A stretch of DNA of 22,029 nt from Candidatus Caldarchaeales archaeon (GTDB lineage Archaea > Thermoproteota > Nitrososphaeria_A > Caldarchaeales > Calditenuaceae). A program made the position numbers and the translations under genes. The stretch's first letter is position 1. Each line of letters starts with the position of its first letter. A model generated the notes under the pieces. It was not told where the DNA came from, ran no database searches, and worked only from the letters and a program-made list of their open reading frames with translations. Positions 6,726 to 13,816 of the stretch are shown here, piece after piece. The DNA lies in NCBI GenBank assembly GCA_032249095.1, contig JAVVGN010000027.1, forward strand, positions 1 to 22,029, written 5' to 3'.

Positions 6726-7412
6726 TTAAGGTTGCGCGGCCGTCCACGCCCGCATAAACTCGGAGCTGTAGAGCTCTGCGATCTCCTCACCTATCAGCAC
6801 TATAAGGTTCTCGTCGTTAGCGTCCTCGGCGCTAACGCTGAAGTTGTAGCTCCCCGTGACGACGATTTTGCCGTCTATGACCATGAACTTGTGGTGCATG
6901 AGACCCGAGTTGGTGTCGAGCCGTATATCGATGCCTGCCCCCCTAAGTCTCAGATACTCACTACCCTTCTCGTCGGCGCGCTCACTCTCCATCACCACCC
7001 GCACATCCAGCCCACGCTCATGAGCCCGGATCAAAGCGTCAGCAATATCGTCCCTCGTGAAGCTGTAGACTGCTACGAAGACAGACCTTTTCGCCGAATC
7101 TATTAAAGAGACTATCACTTGGGCGCAGTTCATCGTTCTTGAGAAGCACACATTGAGGACTGAGACGGGTTCTGCCCAGACCGTACTGAAGATGGTGGAT
7201 GTGGCTGTTCTGACCATTGTGGCGTAGAGTGTCGTGGTTTCTGTGGCCGTGGTCTGGAGCGTCGAGTAGAGTGTCGTGTATCGTGTAATGGTGAAGCTTG
7301 AGGTCGTGGTTGTGGTCGTTGTCGCCGTGGCGGGCCTCGCGAGGGCCCCCGCCGCGAACCCCACAAGCAGCGACGCTGTAGCGGCTACGACTAGTAGGGC
7401 TAAGGCGCGCAC
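6726..7412 (-). CDS. membrane-anchored PLD-superfamily (single HKD, Nuc-like) nuclease with Thr-rich linker
   Basis: 228 aa. The N-terminal hydrophobic anchor is MRALALLVVAATASLLVGFAAGAL, followed by a ~55-aa Thr/Ser-rich stretch. The single HKD motif is HHKFMVIDGKIVVTGSYNFS. GTG start. Confidence 0.85.
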   Translation of the reverse strand: MRALALLVVAATASLLVGFAAGALARPATATTTTTTTSSFTITRYTTLYSTLQTTATETTTLYATMVRTATSTIFSTVWAEPVSVLNVCFSRTMNCAQVIVSLIDSAKRSVFVAVYSFTRDDIADALIRAHERGLDVRVVMESERADEKGSEYLRLRGAGIDIRLDTNSGLMHHKFMVIDGKIVVTGSYNFSVSAEDANDENLIVLIGEEIAELYSSEFMRAWTAAQP

Positions 7413-7435
7413 GGCTCGTAGTCGTGTGGTGACCT

Positions 7436-7442
7436 AATATAT
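7436..7442 (-). promoter_or_regulatory. TATA box for the PLD nuclease gene
   Basis: The reverse strand reads ATATATT, centred about 26 nt upstream of the GTG at 7412. This fits a leaderless transcript and gives the gene its own promoter, separate from the topoisomerase gene. Confidence 0.5.
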
Positions 7443-7450
7443 GCGTTGTC

Positions 7451-9226
7451 CTAGGCCCGGGCCCTACTCTTTCCTGTCCGAGGCCCCCTGCCGCCGTTTT
7501 GCCCGAGCCTCGCGATGCTTCTCCCAAGAAGCTCTCCTAGTTGGCTTGCTACGCTGAGGCAGTTCTCCAATGTTGGCCTGTAGAGCTCTATGCTACGTCT
7601 CAGGGCCTCCATCTTAGTCATCTTCCCCTGCTCGATCTCTCTCATTAGCTCCTCCACCGACCTTCTGGTCTCGGGGGTCACGAGCCTTGGATCGACTCCC
7701 GATAGAGCCTGTATCAGGCTCTCGCCGAGGTGTGTGGGCTTGAGCGCTCGGCCTGATCGAGCTATATATCCCCGGCTTAGAAGTAGGGAGGGGTAGATCG
7801 GCCTAGTTGCGTCTGTCCCCAGCCCCCTACTCTCCATCATCCTGAGTAGTTCGGCCTCGCTGAGTCTCGGCGGCGGCCTTGTCTCCTCCTCCACAAGCCT
7901 TGCCTCCAGTATTGCCACCCTCTCTCCCCGCGCTAGCTGTGGAAGCCTCTCCTCCCGGGTCTTGAAGTAGGGAAAGACGAGGAGAAATCCCTCCTCTTTA
8001 AAGTATATGCCGGAAGCGTGCAGGACCACTCCACCTGCGACTACCTCGGCGCTCTGAAGGATCTGGAGCGCGTCGCCCATGTAAGCGTTCGCGACGAACC
8101 TTCGCGCCAGGTATTCCCAGACGGTTTTTCTTATCCCAGCCCCAGCGAGCGGCGCCGTCGGGTATATCGGTGGGTGGGCTCCGTCGTCCTTTTCTCCGTT
8201 CCTCGGACTCGCTGGGCCCTTTATCTCTAGGTCGCGCAATATCCCTGAGTCTTGGACGACCTTCCGCCGCTTCTCGAAGTCGAACCCGCCCGGATACCTG
8301 TTGGTCTCTGTCCTTGGGTATGAGATGTAGCCTCCCCTGTAGAGATCCTCGAGTATCTGCATGAGACTGTAGCTGCTCCTTCCCGTGATTCTTACAAGGT
8401 CGCGGAGAGCGTCGTCGGTTGCCACTGGGAGAGGCCTTGGGACTCTAGAGGAGCGTTCCTCATAGTCTTCTACCAGTCCCGCTGAAGACTCCCTCACTAG
8501 CCTGAAACTCTCCTCGGCTTCGCCACGGTTCCAGAATCTCTCTGAGCGGCCCAGAAATCTCCCACCACTCGACTCGAGGAGACAGGCTATGTACCAGTAT
8601 TTTTGGGGCTTGAATCTCTTAATCTCTTGTTCACGCTCAACAAGGAAGTTGAGGCAGGGAGACTGTACGGGGCCCCAGCTGAGGACGCCGGTCTCGACAT
8701 ATTTCCGCGTAGAAAGCGTTATCAGGCGGGTGAAGACTGCTCCCGAGAGTAGGTCGAAGCTCCTCCTGAAGTCCGCCTTATGGACCCAGCCCCACCTGAG
8801 CTCTGGCTCGAGACGCCGCCAAGCAGCCGCGAGCTCCTCGTCCTCAAGAGAGTTGAAGCGCATCCGCCAGTACCTCGCGGCCCGGCCCCTACACTCTAAG
8901 TAGACGCTCAGGATTTCGTAGCCGATCAGCTCCCCCTCAGGGTCATTATCTGTGGCTATGACCAGCTCCCCATCTTGCTGCTCAGAAAAAAGCCTTCTCA
9001 GGGAACGATATGAGGCTGGGTCAGAGATTATTGTTCGAGGCTCCATCGGCCTGAAGATCTCGGGGAGGTCGCTGAGCCGCCAGCGAGTAAACCTCTCCGG
9101 CAGGTCTAGATCCATGAGGTGCCCCCTGACGTAGGAGACGGTCACGCCCCTCTCGAGCCTTACCAAGACTCGTCTGAGAGCCTTGGCGACAGAGCTCTTC
9201 TCAGCCACCACTATGTATCTCGGCAT
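7451..9226 (-). CDS. topA: DNA topoisomerase type IA (topo III-like, no C-terminal zinc fingers)
   Basis: Toprim motifs are YIVVAEK, GHLMDL and ATDNDPEGELIG. Also has GPVQSPCLNFLVEREQEIKRF, the active-site Tyr region ISYPRTET, HPPIYPT and GLGTDATRP. The track ORF begins at GTG 9256, but ATG 9226 (MPRYIVVAEK) sits about 30 nt downstream of the AT-rich box at 9257-9270, so I prefer it. Confidence 0.9.
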   Translation of the reverse strand: MPRYIVVAEKSSVAKALRRVLVRLERGVTVSYVRGHLMDLDLPERFTRWRLSDLPEIFRPMEPRTIISDPASYRSLRRLFSEQQDGELVIATDNDPEGELIGYEILSVYLECRGRAARYWRMRFNSLEDEELAAAWRRLEPELRWGWVHKADFRRSFDLLSGAVFTRLITLSTRKYVETGVLSWGPVQSPCLNFLVEREQEIKRFKPQKYWYIACLLESSGGRFLGRSERFWNRGEAEESFRLVRESSAGLVEDYEERSSRVPRPLPVATDDALRDLVRITGRSSYSLMQILEDLYRGGYISYPRTETNRYPGGFDFEKRRKVVQDSGILRDLEIKGPASPRNGEKDDGAHPPIYPTAPLAGAGIRKTVWEYLARRFVANAYMGDALQILQSAEVVAGGVVLHASGIYFKEEGFLLVFPYFKTREERLPQLARGERVAILEARLVEEETRPPPRLSEAELLRMMESRGLGTDATRPIYPSLLLSRGYIARSGRALKPTHLGESLIQALSGVDPRLVTPETRRSVEELMREIEQGKMTKMEALRRSIELYRPTLENCLSVASQLGELLGRSIARLGQNGGRGPRTGKSRARA

Positions 9227-9256
9227 GAAGTATGGCCATACATAGCCCCTCGGCAC

Positions 9257-9270
9257 TAATTAATCAATAA
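9257..9270. promoter_or_regulatory. compact bidirectional AT-rich promoter block (TAATTAATCAATAA) between the topoisomerase and RNase HI genes
   Basis: It is the only AT-rich stretch in the 75-nt divergent gap. It lies about 30 nt from ATG 9226 (minus) and about 35 nt from TTG 9302 (plus). Confidence 0.4.
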
Positions 9271-9301
9271 CTCCGCTGAACGTGTAGGTCGGGTCGGGGG
9301 G

Positions 9302-9721
9302 TTGGTCGTCGCCGATTGCGAGGCCTACATAGACGGCGCCTCTAGCGGGAACCCCGGGCCGGCGGCCTACGCCTACGTCATCAGGGCCGGAGGCCGCGTC
9401 TACAGGGCGGCTGGGAGACTAGGGGTCGCCACAAACAACGTCGCCGAGTATCATGCCTTAATCCGCTGCCTTAGACGGGCGCTCCGTATCGGATGCCGAG
9501 GAATCGTGATCTACAGCGACAGCGAGCTCTTAGTAAGGCAGATGAGTGGGGAGTACGCGGTCCGGAGCCCCCACCTGCTTCCCCTCCACGAGGAGGCGAG
9601 GAGGCTGGCTTCAGGCTTCGCATCCTTCAGAATTAGTCATGTCCCGAGGGAGGCCAACAGCGAGGCGGACAGGCTCGTCAAGAGGCTACTCTCTGTGACA
9701 CGGCGGGGCCAGCTCCGCTAG
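9302..9721 (+). CDS. rnhA: ribonuclease HI (type 1 RNase H)
   Basis: 139 aa. Has YIDGASSGNPGPAAYAYVI (first Asp), NNVAEYHALI (Glu), IYSDSELLVRQM (Asp) and EANSEADRL (last acidic residue). TTG start. Confidence 0.85.
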   Translation: MVVADCEAYIDGASSGNPGPAAYAYVIRAGGRVYRAAGRLGVATNNVAEYHALIRCLRRALRIGCRGIVIYSDSELLVRQMSGEYAVRSPHLLPLHEEARRLASGFASFRISHVPREANSEADRLVKRLLSVTRRGQLR

Positions 9722-10710
9722 CCGCCTATCGTATGCATGGGTCTTATGTGTTGGGGGATCTTGTGGTGCTTTAGGAGCTCCTCCACCCCCTTGAACTTAT
9801 TATAGAAAGCCTCTTTGATGAGTCGCGCCAGCTCGCTGTCAGTTGCCCCCGACCTGAGCAGGGGTTTGAGGTCGTATTCATCGGGGCTGAAGAGGCATGG
9901 GACTAGCTTGCCGTCAGGCTTCAGCCTCACGCGGTCGCAATCCGAGCAAAATGGCTCAGTCACCGATGTCACGACCCCCACCTCGCCCGGCGAGCCATCC
10001 GCGAACCCGTAGTATCTCGTCGTGGAGCCACTTGCCCTCGGCTTTTCGCGGAGCGCGTACTTCTCGCTAAGCCTCTCGACGATCTCCCTCCCCGAGACAA
10101 CCTTTTCAGGGCTCCAGAGTCTCTCACCGTCGAAGGGCATGAACTCTATGAACTTAACCGTCAGGCCCGAGCGTCTAGCAAGCTCCGCAAAATCCTCCAG
10201 CTCGTCCTCGTTACAACCTCTAACGACCACACAATTGATCTTGACCCGGAGGGAAGAGGCCTTAGCCGCCCTTATCCCCTCAAGCACCCTTTCAAAGACG
10301 TTCCTAACCCCCACTATCTCCTCAAACCTGTCTGGCTTAAGGCTGTGGAGACTCACCGTGACTCCTCTTAGACCTAAAGCCTTGAGCCTCACGGCCTTAT
10401 CCTTCAGGTAAAAGCCGTTTGTCGTCATAGAGATGTCCTCGATGCCGTCTATCGCCGAGACGATTTCGATAAGCCTCTCGAGCCCCTGCCACACAAGGGG
10501 CTCCCCACCCGTCAGTCTAACCTGCGTCACACCCATCGAAGCGAGTATGCGCACAACTCTCGCCATTTCCTCGACTGTTAGTACCTCGCTCCTTGGAAGC
10601 CACCTGGGCTCGCGGGGCATGCAGAAGCTACACCTGAAGTTGCATCTATCCGTGACCGAGAGCCTGAGCTTTCTGGCCACCCTGCCATAGGAGTCGACAA
10701 GTCTCTCCAA
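9718..10710 (-). CDS. moaA: GTP 3',8-cyclase MoaA (radical SAM, molybdenum cofactor biosynthesis)
   Basis: 330 aa. Has LRLSVTDRCNFRCSFCMP (CxxxCxxC), LTGGEPL and the C-terminal cluster motif CSDCDRVRLKPDGKLVPCLF. It overlaps the rnhA 3' end by 4 nt (convergent). Confidence 0.9.
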   Translation of the reverse strand: MERLVDSYGRVARKLRLSVTDRCNFRCSFCMPREPRWLPRSEVLTVEEMARVVRILASMGVTQVRLTGGEPLVWQGLERLIEIVSAIDGIEDISMTTNGFYLKDKAVRLKALGLRGVTVSLHSLKPDRFEEIVGVRNVFERVLEGIRAAKASSLRVKINCVVVRGCNEDELEDFAELARRSGLTVKFIEFMPFDGERLWSPEKVVSGREIVERLSEKYALREKPRASGSTTRYYGFADGSPGEVGVVTSVTEPFCSDCDRVRLKPDGKLVPCLFSPDEYDLKPLLRSGATDSELARLIKEAFYNKFKGVEELLKHHKIPQHIRPMHTIGG

Positions 10711-10873
10711 ACTTCGCCGAGGACAACTCTCCGACGCCTCGGAGATAAACCTTCCTCACGAACCCGATTAGGAACCTTTTCGGCTTGACAAGCGCGAGTC
10801 GGGCTGGCGGTCGTCGAAGGGACACGATAAACTTAAACGATAGCGAGAGACGTAGTATCCTCAGGTGGCGTGA

Positions 10874-11602
10874 TTGGCGGCTCTAGGAATGGCAGGGGCA
10901 TATGACAGGGCGATCACGGTCTTCTCCCCGCAGGGTCGCCTGTACCAAGTGGAGTACGCTCTCGAGACTGTCAAGTCGGGCTCGACTGTCGTAGGCGTAG
11001 CGGTAAACGAGGGCATAGTCCTCGCCGTCGAGGAGAGGGCCTTCAGCAAGCTACAAAACCCAAACTATTCCCAAAAGCTCTTCCAGATCGACGAGCATAT
11101 TGGCGCCGCAAGCTCAGGCCTCATCTCGGACGCAAGGATACTCGTTGACAGCGCGAGGGTCTACGCACAGATCTATAGACTCACCTACGACGTACCGCCT
11201 AGCGCCGAAGTTATCGCTAAGAGGATAGGGGATACTATGCAGCTATATACACAACACGCCGGCGTGCGGCCGTTCGGCGTAGCACTTCTCATAGGAGGGG
11301 TGGGGGACGACGGCTCGAGACTATTCTACACGGAGCCCAGCGGCGTCGTTATGGAGTACACCGGCTGGTCGATCGGTCGGGGAAGTGAAAAGGCTAGGGA
11401 GATCTTAGAGGCGCAGTACAGCTCTGACCTGACGCTAGAAGAAGCCGAGATTCTTTGTCTCAAGGCGTTATTGCAGAGTGTTGAGAAGAGTGAAGAAAGG
11501 TGGACCGCCAAGCTCGTAACCATACCGGCAAGCACCAGACTTTACACACCGGTACCCGCCGCCGAGGTAAATGCTCTGCTCGAGAAGGCTCAAAAATCTT
11601 AA
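10874..11602 (+). CDS. psmA: proteasome subunit alpha
   Basis: Has YDRAITVFSPQGRLYQVEYALETVKSG near the N-terminus. TTG 10874 is preceded by AGGTG (10862-10866), and ATG 10889 is an alternative start. Confidence 0.95.
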   Translation: MAALGMAGAYDRAITVFSPQGRLYQVEYALETVKSGSTVVGVAVNEGIVLAVEERAFSKLQNPNYSQKLFQIDEHIGAASSGLISDARILVDSARVYAQIYRLTYDVPPSAEVIAKRIGDTMQLYTQHAGVRPFGVALLIGGVGDDGSRLFYTEPSGVVMEYTGWSIGRGSEKAREILEAQYSSDLTLEEAEILCLKALLQSVEKSEERWTAKLVTIPASTRLYTPVPAAEVNALLEKAQKS

Positions 11603-11609
11603 TCTCACC

Positions 11610-11744
11610 TCAGCAATATCTCCTGACACTGAGCGAGTCGAGGGACTCGGCCGGACTCTTCCCCGACTCTAGGAGCTTCTTATACTTCTCCCAAAGGTGC
11701 CCGATAGGCTTGCCGCAGCTGAAGCATCTGATCGGGAACAGCAT
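11610..11744 (-). CDS. rpoN: RNA polymerase subunit Rpo10/RpoN-like zinc-ribbon ORF, 44 aa, short at the C-terminus (not in ORF track)
   Basis: Hand translation gives MLFPIRCFSCGKPIGHLWEKYKKLLESGKSPAESLDSLSVRRYC-stop. It is collinear residue for residue with archaeal RpoN/eukaryotic RPB10 (MIPIRCFTCG...W...G..P...LD.LG..RYCCRRM) up to Cys44. TTTTTATT (reverse complement of 11770-11777) is centred about 27 nt upstream of ATG 11744. Confidence 0.6.
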   Translation of the reverse strand: MLFPIRCFSCGKPIGHLWEKYKKLLESGKSPAESLDSLSVRRYC

Positions 11745-11769
11745 CCCTAGCGGGATGGGAGTAAGCTTC

Positions 11770-11777
11770 AATAAAAA
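11770..11777 (-). promoter_or_regulatory. TATA box of the RpoN-like ORF
   Basis: The reverse strand reads TTTTTATT. The predicted TSS is about 11747, 3 nt before the ATG, which makes the mRNA leaderless. Confidence 0.5.
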
Positions 11778-12200
11778 TGGTTAGTAAGTCGGATAGGCGG
11801 CGTCCAAATAAGGCTTCAAATACTGTCCTAGGGCGACTATTTCTACACGCGAGCCTATTGGGGGAGGCTTCAGCTATATAAACCCATTATTTGGACACTA
11901 CCCGACCTAAGACTACTCACATATGTTAAGGATCTTCTTAGGAGACTGGGTATAGAGTCAACGGGGCCAATGCTCAAAGCCCGACGAGGAACTATATTCT
12001 ATGATCCTAGGATGGGGAAGCAATACACGCATAACAAGGATGCATATGTGATCTATATTCGAGCCAGCAGCAATATGAGATTCTACAGATACGTGGGCTT
12101 CGCCATTACTAGGAAGCAGGCGTGGCTAGAGAACTACGTCAAGAGAAACACTGGTGCACCCACCCTTCCCCAACCATTTCCCAACCCATCCTCAAAATAA
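11777..12200 (+). pseudogene. single-domain LAGLIDADG-like homing endonuclease relic with one frameshift near 11879
   Basis: Frame from ATG 11777 gives MVSKSDRRRPNKASNTVLGRLFLHASLLGEASAI-stop, a degenerate LAGLIDADG-type motif with the acidic residue in GE. Skipping one nt at 11879 continues as KPIIWTLPDLRLLTYVKDLLRRLGIESTGP...DAYVIYIRASSNMRFYRYVGFAITRKQAWLENYV. This parallels I-DmoI domain 2 (RIWNKNKALLEIVSRWLNNLGVRN ... VYVLNISLRDRIKFVHTI). The track shows only the 76-aa tail (11970-12200). GC is low (23/60 in 11881-11940). Confidence 0.4.
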
Positions 12201-12210
12201 TAACTAATAT

Positions 12211-12284
12211 AGCCCCGGGCGGGGTTTGAACCCGCGACCTGCCGCTTACAAGGCGGCCGCTCTGCCGGGCTGAGCTACCGGGGC
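12211..12284 (-). tRNA. tRNA-Thr (anticodon UGU), 74 nt, no intron, CCA not encoded
   Basis: Reverse strand reads GCCCCGG TA GCTC AGCCCGGCA GAGC G GCCGC CTTGTAA GCGGC AGGTC GCGGG TTCAAAC CCCGC CCGGGGC T. It forms a full cloverleaf with a 7-bp acceptor, the anticodon loop CT-TGT-AA, the T-loop TTCAAAC and discriminator U. A T-rich trailer (TTATTATTTT) follows. Confidence 0.9.
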
Positions 12285-12306
12285 TCGCGATCTTACTCGT
12301 GACCGG

Positions 12307-12314
12307 AAATTTAG
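12307..12314 (-). promoter_or_regulatory. TATA box for tRNA-Thr, overlapping the macro-domain gene stop codon
   Basis: The reverse strand reads CTAAATTT, centred about 26 nt upstream of the tRNA 5' end at 12284. Confidence 0.45.
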
Positions 12315-12850
12315 AGGTTTCTGGGCGGAGTCTCGAGGGCGGCCTCAAAGGCCCTCTCAAGCTCCTCTTCGTATGCTACAAGGTAAACTGTCTCGATAGG
12401 GCTACCCGGTTTCACGGTGTCCAGGATGGCCCTGACCATCTGTCTCGCGGAGACCTCGGGTCTGATTCCGCCCACACCTGTCCCCATTCCCGGGAAGGCG
12501 ACCACTCTATAGTCATTCCGTTCAGCCTCTCTGACAGCCGCGCGTGTCGCCAAGTATACAATCTCGGGACTCGTCTCGCTTGCGGGTCGCTCCATGGTGG
12601 GGGCGTGTATAATACCCTTCACGAGAAGTCTGCCGGGACCTGTAGTTATTGCGTCGCCTAGCCTAACCGGTGCCCTGCTCCTAGCCTCTCTCTCGACCTC
12701 TTCACCTCCCTTTCGCTTAACTGCTCCCGCCACCCCACCCCCCATCAACATCAGCGAGTTAGCCGGAACAACGATCGCGTCGGCAGAGACCTGCGTTATG
12801 TCGCCCCGCATCACCACGAATCTGATCCCGCCTAGCAAAACCTCTTTCAT
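12311..12850 (-). CDS. macro domain protein (ADP-ribose binding/hydrolase, Af1521-like)
   Basis: Has GDITQVSADAIVVPANSLMLMGGGVAGAV and VAFPGMGTGVGG. The track start at 12889 adds 13 residues. ATG 12850 (MKEVLLGGIRFVVMRGDIT) matches the usual macro-domain N-terminus better. Confidence 0.85.
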   Translation of the reverse strand: MKEVLLGGIRFVVMRGDITQVSADAIVVPANSLMLMGGGVAGAVKRKGGEEVEREARSRAPVRLGDAITTGPGRLLVKGIIHAPTMERPASETSPEIVYLATRAAVREAERNDYRVVAFPGMGTGVGGIRPEVSARQMVRAILDTVKPGSPIETVYLVAYEEELERAFEAALETPPRNL

Positions 12851-12892
12851 GTCATAGACTTCCAATAGGCTCGTGGTGATAAGTTTCACTCG

Positions 12893-13816
12893 CTAGGGTG
12901 CGGGGAAGGCCTTGGCTAGCTCGAGGAGATGGCTCCATCTCTCCTCCACCGATTTCTTAAACTCTTCTAGCAGGTGCCGGTTCTCGGGTCTGAGGAGGTG
13001 TGCGAGGCGGGCCTGAGCGGCGACATACTCCTCTATTGGCCTAGGCCTCGCCGTCATGTAGTTTATCCTGTACCTACCGTTCTCGACCTCGTAGATCGGG
13101 AAGACTCGCGTCTCAACGGCTAGCTTGGCAAGCTTTATCGTGAGTCTCGGCTCGTAGTTCCACCCCCGCGGGCATGGCGCAATAACGTGTAGGAACGTGG
13201 GGGCCTCGAAGCTCAGCGCTTTTCTGACCTTATTGGTCAGGTCCTTCCAGAGGTGGGGAGAGGCTGTTGCGCAGTAGGGCGAGCCGTGTGCAACCAGAAT
13301 TGACACGATGTCCTTCTTCGGCTCGGTCTTGCCACGCGGGGTGGTCGTTGTCCGCGCACCAACAGGTGTCGCGGCAGATCTCTGAATCCCCGTATTCATG
13401 TAGGCCTCGTTGTCATAACACACGTAGAGCAGGGAGTGCCTCCTCTCGAAGGCGCCGGAGAGAGCCTGTAAACCGATGTCAAAGGTTCCACCGTCACCAC
13501 CTATAACTATTATCTTATGCCGCCTCCCCCGGCCCTTCTTCTCAAGAATCTTAAGAGCAGCTTCGATCCCCGAGGCCACAGCCGCCGCGTTCTCAAAGGC
13601 CACGTGGACCCATGGCACCCTCCAAGCGGTGAAGGGGTACTGGGACGTGACTACTTCGAGGCAGCCGGTTGGGCTTACTACTATGTAGGGCGGCTCTGCG
13701 GCCATGAGCACCTGTCGGATAGCGATCATGGCTCCACATCCTTGACAGGCCGTGTGTCCGGGGCTGATGCCCTCGCGGCCATAAAGCTCGTCAAGCCGGG
13801 TGACCTGCATCATCAC
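12893..13816 (-). CDS. porB: 2-oxoacid (pyruvate/2-ketoisovalerate type):ferredoxin oxidoreductase, beta subunit (TPP-binding)
   Basis: 307 aa. Has GHTACQGCG near the N-terminus and the TPP motif GGDGGTFDIGLQALSGA. It overlaps the alpha gene by 4 nt. The substrate cannot be assigned from sequence alone. Confidence 0.9.
   Translation of the reverse strand: MMMQVTRLDELYGREGISPGHTACQGCGAMIAIRQVLMAAEPPYIVVSPTGCLEVVTSQYPFTAWRVPWVHVAFENAAAVASGIEAALKILEKKGRGRRHKIIVIGGDGGTFDIGLQALSGAFERRHSLLYVCYDNEAYMNTGIQRSAATPVGARTTTTPRGKTEPKKDIVSILVAHGSPYCATASPHLWKDLTNKVRKALSFEAPTFLHVIAPCPRGWNYEPRLTIKLAKLAVETRVFPIYEVENGRYRINYMTARPRPIEEYVAAQARLAHLLRPENRHLLEEFKKSVEERWSHLLELAKAFPAP

Noticed and set aside
7190-7340. 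Repetitive ACC/ACG/ACA-rich DNA (reverse strand) that could be mistaken for a tandem repeat or CRISPR-like array.
   Set aside because: It is the coding sequence of the Thr/Ser-rich stalk of the PLD nuclease. It has no regular repeat-spacer periodicity.
6726-9256. PLD-family nuclease plus Toprim/topoisomerase neighbour as a two-gene defence module.
   Set aside because: The topoisomerase has the complete set of type IA housekeeping motifs. The PLD protein is predicted to be extracellular with its own TATA box. There are no helicase, ATPase or methylase partners, so adjacency is most simply coincidental.
11610-11612. TGA at the conserved Cys45 position of the RpoN-like ORF read as selenocysteine or read-through.
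   Set aside because: The sequence downstream of the TGA has no RpoN similarity in frame (GEIKIFEPS...) and runs straight into the antisense of psmA. Nothing in this window indicates Sec machinery, which I know mainly from methanogen lineages and not from Crenarchaeota. I did not evaluate a SECIS-like element.
11802-11896. Perfect 10-bp inverted repeat GTCCAAATAA (11802-11811) / TTATTTGGAC (11887-11896).
   Set aside because: A rough expectation for a 10-bp inverted repeat within about 100 nt somewhere in 22 kb is on the order of one or two by chance. It does not extend at either end and lies inside the LAGLIDADG-like coding relic.
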